Positions 8,317 through 17,556 are shown, numbered from the stretch's first letter. The stretch: DNA of 64,000 nt from an uncultured Clostridia bacterium (GCA_934749845.1 CAKVHQ010000002.1:48962-112961), one strand, 5' to 3'. The notes: generated by a model not told the origin, from the sequence alone. Translations and numbers: made by a program.

Positions 8317-10497
8317 ATGAAAAACAAAAAAAACGCACAAACTCAAAATATTATTTTGGTGGGCAATCCAAACACTGGCAAGACCACATTTTTTAATGCC
8401 ATAACCCATAGTGACGAGCATGTTGGAAACTGGCACGGAGTTACTGTGGACTTTAAGGAAAAAACAACAACTATTAACGAACAAAGCGTAAAAATTGTGG
8501 ATTTACCGGGGATGTACTCCATGTCGTCATATAGTTTTGAAGAAGGAGTGGCGAGAGATTACTTACTTGAAAACGAGGGTAAAATCATAAATTTATGTGA
8601 CGCGAACAATTTACCACGAAACCTGTATTTAACCTTGCAAATGCTTGAAATGGGACTAAAACCTATTGTTTGCATAAACATGGCAAACGAGCTTAAAAAA
8701 AGCGGAAAAACTATCAATGCGGACTTGCTTTCAAAAAGGCTAGGGCTGAAAGTATTTTTAATAAACGCTCAAAAAAAAGTTCAAGTTAAAAAAGTTGTTG
8801 AGCAAGCATTAAGCGAATCAAACACTCAAAAATATTTTGTTGAAACATTAAATATTGAAAACGAATACATAAGCAAACTTCCATTAAATAAAGTTGAGCA
8901 AATAGTTAGCCAAAACTTGCAAAACATAAATGCCAATAAGCAATATGTGTTAATTAAATGTTTGGAAAAAGACGAGTTTGTTTTGGACAAACTAAAACTA
9001 AACGAACAACAAACCAAACAACTTGCTCAAATTTATGAGAAATGCGATGAAGTATCGGTTGCAAAATTAAGGTACGATTTTATTGATAAACTTATAAAAG
9101 ACTGCATCACGATTTCAACTAATAGCAAAATTTATGGCTACTCAAAACTAGACAAAATTGTGCTAAACAAGTTCTTGGCACTTCCAATTTTTTTGCTAAT
9201 ACTTTCGCTAATTTTCTTTTTAACCTTTTCAAGCGTAGGAAAATGGCTGTCAAATTTGCTTAACGATGTTCTTGAAAACTATGTTTTTTCGCCGTGCGTT
9301 CAGTTTATTCAAGCCAAAACCTCAAATGCGTATATAATTTCTTTTGTTAAAGATGCAGTGTTTGGCGGAGTTGGCAGTTTGGTTGGATTTTTACCACAAA
9401 TAACCATACTTTTTGTTTGCTTAACAATTTTAGAAGATAGTGGATATATGAGCAGGCTTGCATTTACTTTGGAAGATTATTTTTCAAAAATTGGTCTAAC
9501 AGGCAAGAGCGTATTTACACTTTTAATGGGCTTTGGTTGCTCCACCACAAGCACCATGACTTCACGAAACTTGGAAGATAAGAACAGTAAAATTAAAACG
9601 GCAATGCTTTCGCCTTACATCTCGTGTTCAGCAAAAATACCTTTATACACAGTTATTTGTGGAGCGTTTTTTTGCAAAAGTCAGTTTTGGATAATTCTAT
9701 CCTTGTATCTTGTAAGCGTACTAGTTGCGGTTATGGTTAGTTACTTTCTTGAAAAAACCATATTAAAAAGTGGCGAACAAAGTTTTATTATGGAACTTCC
9801 GCCATACAGATTGCCAAGCGTTAAAAGAATAACCAAAGTTGCTTTAAACAATATGAAATCGTTTATTTTTAGAGTAGGCACTTTGATTGTTTCATTTTCA
9901 ATAATCATTTGGATTTTAGAAACTTGCAATTTCAAACTTCAATTTGACGCCGAAAACAGCATTTTAAAGCAAATTGGCGTATGGCTTGCTCCAATATTTA
10001 GCCCGCTTGGTTTTGGACAGTGGGGAGCAGTTGTTTGCCTAATTTGTGGCGTTGTTGCAAAGGAAATTATCGTTGGCACTATGGGCATGATAAATAATGT
10101 TACAGACGAAATATCTTCAAATATGCTCATAAGTGAAAGTCTGCTTTTAAGCAGTTCGGCGTTGTCGTTAAATCCTTGCTCGGCATTGTCGTTCTTGGTG
10201 TTCTCACTGCTTTATATGCCATGCATATCAACTATAGGCGTTATGAAAAAAGAAATTGGAGGAAAGTGGACATTTATTGCAATAATAATTCAACTTTCAC
10301 TTGCCTATATTTTAAGTTTTGCAACCTACAAAATAGCACTATGTTTTACAATTAGTGGCTTTGTTGGTGGAATAATTGCCAGCCTAACCTTCGTAGCAAT
10401 TATTGTTGCAATAATCATATTTAAAAGGTTTATAAAGTCTAAAAACAAATGCTTATTTTGCCCCAAAAAAAGAAAATGCGGGAAAGAAAAATGTTAA
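8317..10497 (+). CDS. feoB: ferrous iron transporter FeoB
   Basis: N-terminal G-domain GNPNTGKTT, DLPG, followed by a polytopic membrane domain. Confidence 0.92.
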   Translation: MKNKKNAQTQNIILVGNPNTGKTTFFNAITHSDEHVGNWHGVTVDFKEKTTTINEQSVKIVDLPGMYSMSSYSFEEGVARDYLLENEGKIINLCDANNLPRNLYLTLQMLEMGLKPIVCINMANELKKSGKTINADLLSKRLGLKVFLINAQKKVQVKKVVEQALSESNTQKYFVETLNIENEYISKLPLNKVEQIVSQNLQNINANKQYVLIKCLEKDEFVLDKLKLNEQQTKQLAQIYEKCDEVSVAKLRYDFIDKLIKDCITISTNSKIYGYSKLDKIVLNKFLALPIFLLILSLIFFLTFSSVGKWLSNLLNDVLENYVFSPCVQFIQAKTSNAYIISFVKDAVFGGVGSLVGFLPQITILFVCLTILEDSGYMSRLAFTLEDYFSKIGLTGKSVFTLLMGFGCSTTSTMTSRNLEDKNSKIKTAMLSPYISCSAKIPLYTVICGAFFCKSQFWIILSLYLVSVLVAVMVSYFLEKTILKSGEQSFIMELPPYRLPSVKRITKVALNNMKSFIFRVGTLIVSFSIIIWILETCNFKLQFDAENSILKQIGVWLAPIFSPLGFGQWGAVVCLICGVVAKEIIVGTMGMINNVTDEISSNMLISESLLLSSSALSLNPCSALSFLVFSLLYMPCISTIGVMKKEIGGKWTFIAIIIQLSLAYILSFATYKIALCFTISGFVGGIIASLTFVAIIVAIIIFKRFIKSKNKCLFCPKKRKCGKEKC

Positions 10498-10507
10498 TTA
10501 AATAGAA

Positions 10508-10540
10508 AATGGTTTTAGTGATTGCTAAAACCATTTTTTT
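10508..10540 (+). terminator. terminator after feoB
   Basis: AATGGTTTTAG/CTAAAACCATT stem plus T-run. Confidence 0.7.
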
Positions 10541-10586
10541 GTGATAATATAGCATAGTTAAATAAAAAATAAGGAAAAATAAACTT

Positions 10587-11909
10587 ATGAAAAAACCTTT
10601 AATTGCCCTTGTTGGCAGACCAAATGTGGGCAAAAGCACATTGTTTAATAAAATTGTTGGCAAAAGAATTAGTATAGTAAAAGACGAACCGGGTGTAACT
10701 AGAGATAGAATTTATGCAAGCGGAGAATGGCTTAACTATAAATTCAATATAGTCGACACAGGTGGTTTAGACCTAAAAAACACAAGTGAAGTGCAAAAAA
10801 ACATTATGGCACAGGCAAATGTTGCGATAGAACTTGCCGATGTTATTGTTTTTGTTGTTGACGGAAAAGAAGGCTTAACATCAGCAGATAAAGAGATTGC
10901 AGACTTCTTAAGACGAAGCAAAAAACCTATTGTTTTGTGCGTAAACAAACTTGATAATAACGAAGTTGAAAATAGTTACGAGTTCTATGAGTTATCACTT
11001 GGCGAACCTTTTGTTGTTTCAGCATCAAACAGGCTTGGTTTTGGCGAACTTCTTGATGAAATTTGTTCAAAATTTCCAGCAGGCGATGTTGACGAGCAAG
11101 AAGAGCAAGCAATAAAAATCGCCCTTGTTGGTAAACCAAATGTGGGTAAAAGTAGCATTGTTAACCGATTGCTTGGCGAAGAAAGAGTTGTTGTAAGCAG
11201 TGTTGCTGGAACAACCCGTGATGCAATCGACACACCGTTTAAGTACGAAGGAAAGGATTATATCTTAATCGACACCGCAGGAATAAGACGCAAAAGAGCA
11301 GTTGAATTTATGAGCGTTGAAGATTACAGCGTTATTCGTTCTATGGAAGCGATTGAAAGGGCAGATGTTGTTGTCATCGTGTTTGATGCAAGCGAGCCAC
11401 TATCCGAGCAAGATGTTAGAATCGCAGGAATTGTTCATGAAGCACAAAAGCCAAGTGTTGTTGTTGTAAACAAATGGGACAGCATCGAAAAAGACCAGTC
11501 CACAACACAAATTTACGAGCAACAACTAAAGAAAGATTTAGCGTTTATGGATTACTACATTTCTTGCTTTGTTTCAGCAAAATCAGGTCAAAGAATTGCA
11601 AGACTTATGCCAAGCATTCAAAAAGCCTATGAAAACGCAAACCGCCATGTTTCAACAAGCATAGTTAACGAAATTTTGCAAGATGCAATAAGAATGAACC
11701 AACCACCTTCCAAAAATGGTAAGAGAGTTAAATTTTTCTTCGCTAGCGAACCAAGCGTGCTTCCACCAACTTTTGTGTTCATGTGCAACGATGCAAAAAT
11801 AATACATTTTTCATATCAGCGTTATCTTGAAAACTGTTTAAGAAAGGCTATCGACTTTTCAGGAACACCAATAAAACTAATTTTCCGTAGCCGAAGCGAT
11901 GAAAAATAA
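10587..11909 (+). CDS. der: ribosome biogenesis GTPase Der (EngA)
   Basis: Two tandem GTPase domains (GRPNVGKST and GKPNVGKSS) plus a KH-like C-terminus. Confidence 0.95.
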   Translation: MKKPLIALVGRPNVGKSTLFNKIVGKRISIVKDEPGVTRDRIYASGEWLNYKFNIVDTGGLDLKNTSEVQKNIMAQANVAIELADVIVFVVDGKEGLTSADKEIADFLRRSKKPIVLCVNKLDNNEVENSYEFYELSLGEPFVVSASNRLGFGELLDEICSKFPAGDVDEQEEQAIKIALVGKPNVGKSSIVNRLLGEERVVVSSVAGTTRDAIDTPFKYEGKDYILIDTAGIRRKRAVEFMSVEDYSVIRSMEAIERADVVVIVFDASEPLSEQDVRIAGIVHEAQKPSVVVVNKWDSIEKDQSTTQIYEQQLKKDLAFMDYYISCFVSAKSGQRIARLMPSIQKAYENANRHVSTSIVNEILQDAIRMNQPPSKNGKRVKFFFASEPSVLPPTFVFMCNDAKIIHFSYQRYLENCLRKAIDFSGTPIKLIFRSRSDEK

Positions 11910-11932
11910 TTAAAATTTAAAAATACAAATAT

Positions 11933-11975
11933 GTGCATATTTATTCAATCATATGGAAAAATATGCACTTTTTTT
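11933..11975 (+). terminator. terminator after der
   Basis: GTGCATATTT/AAATATGCAC stem followed by T7. Confidence 0.6.
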
Positions 11976-12106
11976 GTGCATTTTGCAAGAAAATTTTGCA
12001 AGTTTTGTCACAAGTTGTAATAGTCGAAAAATCGACATTTTTTATCTTTACATTTTATCATTAAGACATTAAAATTGGTTAGAAATTTTTGCTTAAGGAG
12101 TGAACT

Positions 12107-12892
12107 ATGGCTAGAAAAATTGTAATCACAAGTGGTAAGGGCGGAGTTGGAAAAACCACTATTTGCGCAAACCTTGGAATGAGATTAAGCGAACTAGGAA
12201 ACAGGGTTGTGATGCTGGACACAGACATCGGGCTAAATAATCTAGATGTCGTTATGAATGTTGAAAACCGAGTGGTTTACGACCTAGCCGATGTTGTGGA
12301 AGGAAAGTGCAGATTAAAGCAGGCACTAATTCAAGATTTACGCTATCCAACTCTTTTTGTTTTGCCTTCTAGCCACCTATACACAAACACCAAAATAACA
12401 AGTTACTCAATAAACGCAGTTGTTGAGCAACTTGCCGAAACTTTTGATTATATTTTGCTTGACTGTCCGGCAGGAATAGACAGCGGATTTCACAGAGCCG
12501 TTTATTCAGCAGATGAGGCAATTATAGTTACAACGCCAAACTTGTCTAGCATACGAGATGCGGGAAAAGTGCTGACAATTCTAGGAAGTTACAACTTAAA
12601 CAAGGTTAGTTTTGTTATTAACAGAATGCGTGGAGATTTAATTTTATCAGGCAAAATGTTAAGCGAAAATCAAATATGTTCACTTTTAAAATGCGACTTG
12701 CTTGGCATTGTTCCAGACGACGACAGTATCGCCACATTATCATGCACAAACCCATTTAAGTCCGCAGGAAGTGAGGCATTTAAAATGCTTGCAAAAAATG
12801 TACATAACGGAAAAAATTTTATTTACGACTACACGGCAAAGTATAGAGGACTTTTTGGAGGATTGAAACGAACATTAAGAAGACATATCTAA
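12107..12892 (+). CDS. minD: septum site-determining ATPase MinD
   Basis: Deviant Walker A SGKGGVGKTT, ParA/MinD fold, C-terminal amphipathic tail, followed by minE. Confidence 0.9.
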   Translation: MARKIVITSGKGGVGKTTICANLGMRLSELGNRVVMLDTDIGLNNLDVVMNVENRVVYDLADVVEGKCRLKQALIQDLRYPTLFVLPSSHLYTNTKITSYSINAVVEQLAETFDYILLDCPAGIDSGFHRAVYSADEAIIVTTPNLSSIRDAGKVLTILGSYNLNKVSFVINRMRGDLILSGKMLSENQICSLLKCDLLGIVPDDDSIATLSCTNPFKSAGSEAFKMLAKNVHNGKNFIYDYTAKYRGLFGGLKRTLRRHI

Positions 12893-12907
12893 TTTAAAGG
12901 AGGTCAA

Positions 12908-13168
12908 ATGAGTATTTTTGTTCAACCCAACGCAAAAGAAGATGAGGAGAGATTAAAGCATGTTTTAATTGCCGACAAACATTTTAATCCCGAACGAATT
13001 AAGCAAGTTATTAAAAGCGACATTTATCATGTGCTATTAAACTACGCTCACATAAAAGGCGATGATATTTATGTTGACATTGAGATAACTCCTAGCGGTT
13101 CGTATCATATAAAAGTTGACGCAATAAGCCCTAACTTAAAAATTTTCGGGGCGCTTCCTGACGAATAA
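12908..13168 (+). CDS. minE: cell division topological specificity factor MinE
   Basis: 86 aa, ERLKHVLIADKH...IKQVIKSDIYHVLLNY pattern, immediately after minD with a GGAGG Shine-Dalgarno. Confidence 0.7.
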   Translation: MSIFVQPNAKEDEERLKHVLIADKHFNPERIKQVIKSDIYHVLLNYAHIKGDDIYVDIEITPSGSYHIKVDAISPNLKIFGALPDE

Positions 13169-13194
13169 TTTTATAAAAATCTATATTTCGACAG

Positions 13195-13218
13195 AATGCA
13201 TAATTATGCATTATTTTT
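13195..13218 (+). terminator. terminator after minE
   Basis: Perfect palindrome AATGCATAATTATGCATT followed by a T-rich run. Confidence 0.5.
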
Positions 13219-13304
13219 CGTGTTTATTCTAAAAAAAATATGGTTTACTTTTTATTTCATCATAATTTGCTTATTTAACACATATAGGTAATTAAGGTGA
13301 TTTT

Positions 13305-13511
13305 ATGAAAGTAGTAGGTTTTAAGGCTCTTAAGAAAAAAGAGAAAAAGAAAAAAACAAAAATTTTCTGTATATCAAATGTATTTAGAAACGCAATGGTC
13401 ATTTTTTCGTTGCTGATATTTTTGTTTGTGTTTAGTTTAATTAACACATCTTTTACATCAACATTCAAAGAATGTATTAACAATTTTATTAAAACGCTTT
13501 TAATTTTTTAG
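13305..13511 (+). CDS. small basic single-TM protein (hypothetical)
   Basis: AAGGTGA Shine-Dalgarno 4 nt before the ATG. Lys-rich N-terminus, then one hydrophobic helix. Ends 10 nt before the spoIVFB-like gene. Confidence 0.4.
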   Translation: MKVVGFKALKKKEKKKKTKIFCISNVFRNAMVIFSLLIFLFVFSLINTSFTSTFKECINNFIKTLLIF

Positions 13512-13521
13512 GCTGGTATAA

Positions 13522-14361
13522 ATGAAAAAATATTCGTTCAGGTTTCACTGGTCGTTTTTCGTGCTTGGGCTAATAATGATTTATTTTGGCGAGGGATTGT
13601 TATATTTTTGTTGCACAATAACCGTCATTTTGCACGAATTTGGACATGCTTTTGTTGGCAAAAGTATGGGGTATAAACTAAACACAATAAGTTTGATGCC
13701 CTATGGTGCAAGTTTGTCTGGCAACAACGCACCATTCAAGCCGAAAGATGAAATAAAAATTGCCCTAGCAGGCCCACTTGTGAATTTGCTTATCATTTTA
13801 GCAATAACTTCGCTATGGTGGTTTCTTCCATCTTCTTTTTCGTTTACTCAAGATTTCTACTACGCAAATGTCTCAACAATTTTGTATAATTTATTGCCGA
13901 TTTTCCCACTAGATGGCGGAAGGGTGCTTCTTGGTTTGCTATCAATAAAAAAGCCACGAAAAACTGCCTTTAAGATAACGAAAGTTATAGGCTTTATTGT
14001 GGTTGGTTTAATCTTTGTTTGCTTTTTCCTATCTTTCTTCACAAAACTAAACTATTCACTTGGAATAAATGCACTATTTTTACTTATCGGCTTGTTTGAC
14101 GATGACAAGTCTGCTTACTACATCAACTTGCAAGACCTTGATAAGAAAAGTGAAAAGTTAAGCAAAGGCTTGTTTGTTAAGACTATTGCAATTAGCGAAA
14201 ACTCTAGCATTTACGATGCATACAGGGTGTTAGACAAAAATAATGTTAATCAAATTTATGTTATGGACGACAATTACAAAGTTAAAAAAAGCATAAGAGA
14301 AAGTGAACTTGAAAAACTGGTTTACACCATGCCACTGGACACAAAACTTAAAGATGTTTAG
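13522..14361 (+). CDS. spoIVFB: M50 site-2 metalloprotease, SpoIVFB-like (pro-sigma-K processing) with C-terminal CBS-like domain
   Basis: HEFGHAF (HExxH) in a TM helix and LLPIFPLDGGRV second metal-ligand motif. Position between minDE and rplU matches Bacillus synteny. Confidence 0.7.
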   Translation: MKKYSFRFHWSFFVLGLIMIYFGEGLLYFCCTITVILHEFGHAFVGKSMGYKLNTISLMPYGASLSGNNAPFKPKDEIKIALAGPLVNLLIILAITSLWWFLPSSFSFTQDFYYANVSTILYNLLPIFPLDGGRVLLGLLSIKKPRKTAFKITKVIGFIVVGLIFVCFFLSFFTKLNYSLGINALFLLIGLFDDDKSAYYINLQDLDKKSEKLSKGLFVKTIAISENSSIYDAYRVLDKNNVNQIYVMDDNYKVKKSIRESELEKLVYTMPLDTKLKDV

Positions 14362-14586
14362 TTTTATAAAAAAACAATTAGTTCGTCAAAGCCATGGAGC
14401 AATAAAATATTGCTAATACAATTAAGCCATAAAAGAAAGATATTCAAAAACGCAGAGATTACATAGGATATCAATTATTAAGAGAACAAATAATATAGTT
14501 TTAAAATGTAACAACTAGCAATTTTACATAGTTTATAAATTCACTAAAATTGAAGAAGAATAAAATTTGCAATTTAGGCAACACTT

Positions 14587-15102
14587 TTGACTATGAAGCA
14601 AATTTTAAAATATACATTAAATATAGTTATCGAAAATGTGCGTTTTAGTGAAACAAAGCATTCAATTATAATCTCTTTAAATGGCGCTTTAATTGTTTTT
14701 ACCGCAGGATTTTTTTCCAGCAAAGTTTTTGAAATTGCACTACTAAATTGGAGCGTTTTGCTTTTTTCAGCAATAAGCATGTTAATTAGTTTTTCGGCAC
14801 TACATTCAAGGTTCGATAAAATAAAGCGAGATTACAAAACCAAAAGAATAAACAGCTTATTGTATTATAGAGATATTTCAAGCCTAGACCCACAGGACTA
14901 TTTAAACCGCATAATTATAAATTATAATTTCCCCAAAGACTATGTTTGTGATGAGTACGAAAAAGACCTTGCCAGCGAAATTGTTGCTAATTCTAGACTG
15001 GCGGAAATCAAGTATTCATTGTTTAACAAAAGTATCTTCTTTTTAAGTCTTGCATTGCTTCTTGGCATAACACTTTTTGCAATAGTGGGGTTCGTTTCAT
15101 GA
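14587..15102 (+). CDS. 3-TM small membrane protein resembling PycTM/SLATT-type defence effectors (hypothetical)
   Basis: TTG 14587 or ATG 14593. N-terminal helix ...VRFSETK, then a TM hairpin, a ~75-aa helical soluble segment, and a C-terminal TM. No catalytic motif. Confidence 0.5.
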   Translation: MTMKQILKYTLNIVIENVRFSETKHSIIISLNGALIVFTAGFFSSKVFEIALLNWSVLLFSAISMLISFSALHSRFDKIKRDYKTKRINSLLYYRDISSLDPQDYLNRIIINYNFPKDYVCDEYEKDLASEIVANSRLAEIKYSLFNKSIFFLSLALLLGITLFAIVGFVS

Positions 15103-15605
15103 AAAGGCTTATAACACTAAAAAGCAACTACTATAAAATAAAAAAACATCGAAGGTTAGGCAATAAGTTAACCTTAACAAACGAAGATGAAAACTATATT
15201 TGTTTAGAGTTTCGTTCTTGGCTTTTGGGAATAGAGGAAGATGACCAATTACCCTTCGAAATTTCGTGCATTTGCTTATGTTTCGAGTTTGAGCAAAAAA
15301 GCGTTAATGTGTCGGTTTCCGGTTTTGAAAACACACCAAAAGTTATCGACAAAGGCTCATATGCACCACTAGAAGCACAATACTTTTTTTGCGAACGATT
15401 AAACGCTTTTGTGAATAACCAAAACAACCTAAATTCGCATGGTTTTTTGTTTGAAAAAGTAAAGCAAGACATTTATGTAATGTTTGAAAAATTTTTAAAA
15501 AAATTTCAAAACGATAAAGAGTTTTCATACCTTAATAACAAAAAAATTTTAATAGGTGAATTTTTGCACGAAAAGGCAAAAGGCTTTCGCTTTGTGTGTG
15601 AATAA
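15099..15605 (+). CDS. hypothetical soluble protein, translationally coupled to the preceding TM protein
   Basis: ATGA start/stop overlap at 15099-15102. 168 aa with no recognisable motif. Confidence 0.55.
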   Translation: MKRLITLKSNYYKIKKHRRLGNKLTLTNEDENYICLEFRSWLLGIEEDDQLPFEISCICLCFEFEQKSVNVSVSGFENTPKVIDKGSYAPLEAQYFFCERLNAFVNNQNNLNSHGFLFEKVKQDIYVMFEKFLKKFQNDKEFSYLNNKKILIGEFLHEKAKGFRFVCE

Positions 15606-15690
15606 TTACACTGTTTTGCGTATATTTATGCAAGACATTTTTTTATTATCTTTATTAAACTTTGTTGTTTTGAAAAATCAGTATTTTCGC

Positions 15691-15718
15691 TTGACTTTCT
15701 TTCGGGGGGGGGTAAAAT
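15691..15718 (+). promoter_or_regulatory. sigma-A-type promoter whose spacer contains a G9 tract
   Basis: TTGACT (15691-15696), 16-nt spacer ending in GGGGGGGGG (15704-15712), then TAAAAT (15713-15718). Lies 38 nt upstream of the lipoprotein ATG. Confidence 0.6.
15704..15712. repeat. homopolymeric G9 tract
   Basis: The only long G/C homopolymer I saw in this AT-rich window. Confidence 0.95.
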
Positions 15719-15755
15719 GGTTTTGTCAATAAAATTTAAGACAAAGGAGATTAAA

Positions 15756-16430
15756 ATGAAAAAATTAACTAAAATTTTGTCCATTGCCATTGCATTCGTT
15801 TGCATTAGCCTATGCTTCGTTGGTTGTTCTTTTGACAGTAAGCCAACTCTTAGCCGAATAGACATTAAAGGTTCAATTCAAACCGAATATGCACTTAACG
15901 AAGCACTTGACCTTAATGGTGCAAAACTTATGTTAACATATAGTGACGATTCGCAAAAAGAACTCGAATTAACACAAAGTATGGTAACAAATTTCAACAC
16001 AACAACCGCAGGCAACAAAACAATGACAATTTCTTATAAAGAAAAAACACTACAAATTGATTATGTTGTTAATGCATTTATGGTGGGAAACAAGCGGGTT
16101 AAATTTGGCGAATACTATCAAACTGGAATATATAATAAAGACCAAAATGGCAACTTAACTCTAACCGAAGATGGCTCTTATACCTACCAAGACACCACAA
16201 TACGACTAATTCTAAACTCTAATTTCACAGGAACATTCTTTCAAGCTAATAAAAGAGGTGGTGAAATGGTGGAGACTTCTATCACTTGGGAAATACAAGT
16301 TGATAAAATTGTTTTAGAAAATGAAAACGATTTAGCTCGTGTGTTAGTAACTGTTAGTGTCACTGATAATGGAGAACTTCGTATAGACATTGATACTAGC
16401 GCTTGCATCTTATCATTTCATAATGCCTAA
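15756..16430 (+). CDS. lipoprotein with N-terminal bacterial Ig-like (Big_3-like) domain
   Basis: Signal peptide with lipobox FVGC-S. LSRIDIKGS...YALNEALDLNGAKLMLTYSDDS...GNKTMTISYKEKT fits the Big_3 pattern. Start moved to ATG 15756 (AAGGAG Shine-Dalgarno). Confidence 0.7.
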   Translation: MKKLTKILSIAIAFVCISLCFVGCSFDSKPTLSRIDIKGSIQTEYALNEALDLNGAKLMLTYSDDSQKELELTQSMVTNFNTTTAGNKTMTISYKEKTLQIDYVVNAFMVGNKRVKFGEYYQTGIYNKDQNGNLTLTEDGSYTYQDTTIRLILNSNFTGTFFQANKRGGEMVETSITWEIQVDKIVLENENDLARVLVTVSVTDNGELRIDIDTSACILSFHNA

Positions 16431-16526
16431 AAGTGATAGCTTATGAAGAATTTCATACTTAGGTATGACGAAAACATGCTGTGCACTTTTATAAATCAAA
16501 TAATATTATAAATTAAGAAATAATCC

Positions 16527-16555
16527 TTGACAAAGGGTTATTTTTTTTGTAATAT
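16527..16555 (+). promoter_or_regulatory. rplU operon promoter
   Basis: TTGACA-17 nt-TAATAT. Confidence 0.6.
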
Positions 16556-16561
16556 AAATGT

Positions 16562-16641
16562 ATTCCGCGTGAAATGGGTTCCAAGCATGAATTTAGTTCA
16601 TCACCTTTGTTCAGCGAGTTATACTAAAGGGAGGTTAACAA
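16562..16641 (+). ncRNA. rplU 5' leader, possibly an L21-leader-type cis-regulatory RNA
   Basis: An ~80-nt untranslated leader between the promoter and the GGGAGG Shine-Dalgarno, in the position where Firmicutes carry the L21 leader. Structure not verified. Confidence 0.3.
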
Positions 16642-16944
16642 ATGTACGCAGTAGTATCAGTTGGAGGCAAACAATACAAGGTTAGTGAAAACGATGTTTT
16701 AGATGTTGAAAGAATGAACGCAAACATCGGCGACAAAATCAATCTTGATGTTTTAATGCTTGTTGACGGCGAAGTTGTTAAAGCAGGAAAAGATGCAAGC
16801 AAATCACAAGTTGTTGCAGAAGTTATGGGTCATGGAAAAGATGCTAAAATCTTGGTTTTCAAGTATAAAGCAAAAAAACACACCAAAAAACAACAAGGTC
16901 ATAGACAACCATTCACAACATTAAAAATTGTTAGCGTGAAATAA
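16642..16944 (+). CDS. rplU: 50S ribosomal protein L21
   Basis: MYAVVSVGGKQYKV... canonical L21. Confidence 0.97.
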   Translation: MYAVVSVGGKQYKVSENDVLDVERMNANIGDKINLDVLMLVDGEVVKAGKDASKSQVVAEVMGHGKDAKILVFKYKAKKHTKKQQGHRQPFTTLKIVSVK

Positions 16945-17285
16945 TGACAAATATCAAAATTTTTAAAAATGATGGAAACATCGTATGTGTTCAATGTATG
17001 GGACACAGTGGCTATGCAGAGCGTGGCGAAGATATAGTGTGTGCAGGGGTTTCAAGTTTGGTTCAAACTGCGGTTCTTGGTTTGCTTATGGTGGCAAAAA
17101 TCAATGTCGATTTAACAAAAGACGAAGATGTTGGCTATCTTAAAGTTAAACTACCAAATGTTATAACCAGCGAAGAAAATCACGACGCACAAGTAATACT
17201 TTCCACTATGCTTTGTGGCTTATCGGATTTAAGGGAAACCTATTCCGATTTCATAAATTTGGAGGTAATAGAGAATGTTTATTAA
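16944..17285 (+). CDS. prp: ribosomal-processing cysteine protease Prp (YsxB family)
   Basis: GHSGYAE...[10 protein letters not shown] motif. Sits between rplU and rpmA. Confidence 0.9.
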   Translation: MTNIKIFKNDGNIVCVQCMGHSGYAERGEDIVCAGVSSLVQTAVLGLLMVAKINVDLTKDEDVGYLKVKLPNVITSEENHDAQVILSTMLCGLSDLRETYSDFINLEVIENVY

Positions 17286-17556
17286 TTTGCAGTTGTTTGC
17301 TCACCATAAAGGTGGTAGCACAACACATAACGGCAGAGATAGTGAATCAAAGCGTCTTGGCACAAAAAAATATGCTGGCGAAAGAGTAACTGCTGGAAAC
17401 ATTATCGTTAGACAAAGAGGAAGCAAAATTTATGCTGGCAAAAATGTTGGCATGGGCAGAGATTACACTTTGTATGCTTTGGCTGACGGAATTGTAAAAT
17501 TTGAATATGTTTCAAAAGACAAAAAATGTGTTAGTGTATATCCAGAAGCAAAATAG
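17275..17556 (+). CDS. rpmA: 50S ribosomal protein L27 with Prp-cleavable N-terminal extension
   Basis: [23 protein letters not shown]...: Firmicute-type propeptide followed by the conserved L27 core. Confidence 0.97.
   Translation: MFINLQLFAHHKGGSTTHNGRDSESKRLGTKKYAGERVTAGNIIVRQRGSKIYAGKNVGMGRDYTLYALADGIVKFEYVSKDKKCVSVYPEAK

Noticed and set aside
10440-10497. Cys-rich FeoB C-terminal tail (CLFCPKKRKCGKEKC) as a novel metal-sensing module
   Set aside because: It is short and plausible as an Fe-S or metal-binding tail variant, and cannot be evaluated without an alignment of FeoB homologues.
14587-15605. Calling the two-gene cassette a canonical Pycsar or CBASS system
   Set aside because: No nucleotide cyclase or CD-NTase is adjacent, and the partner protein shows no cyclase motifs. 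Only the effector-like topology supports the analogy, so it is reported as a hypothesis and not as a call.
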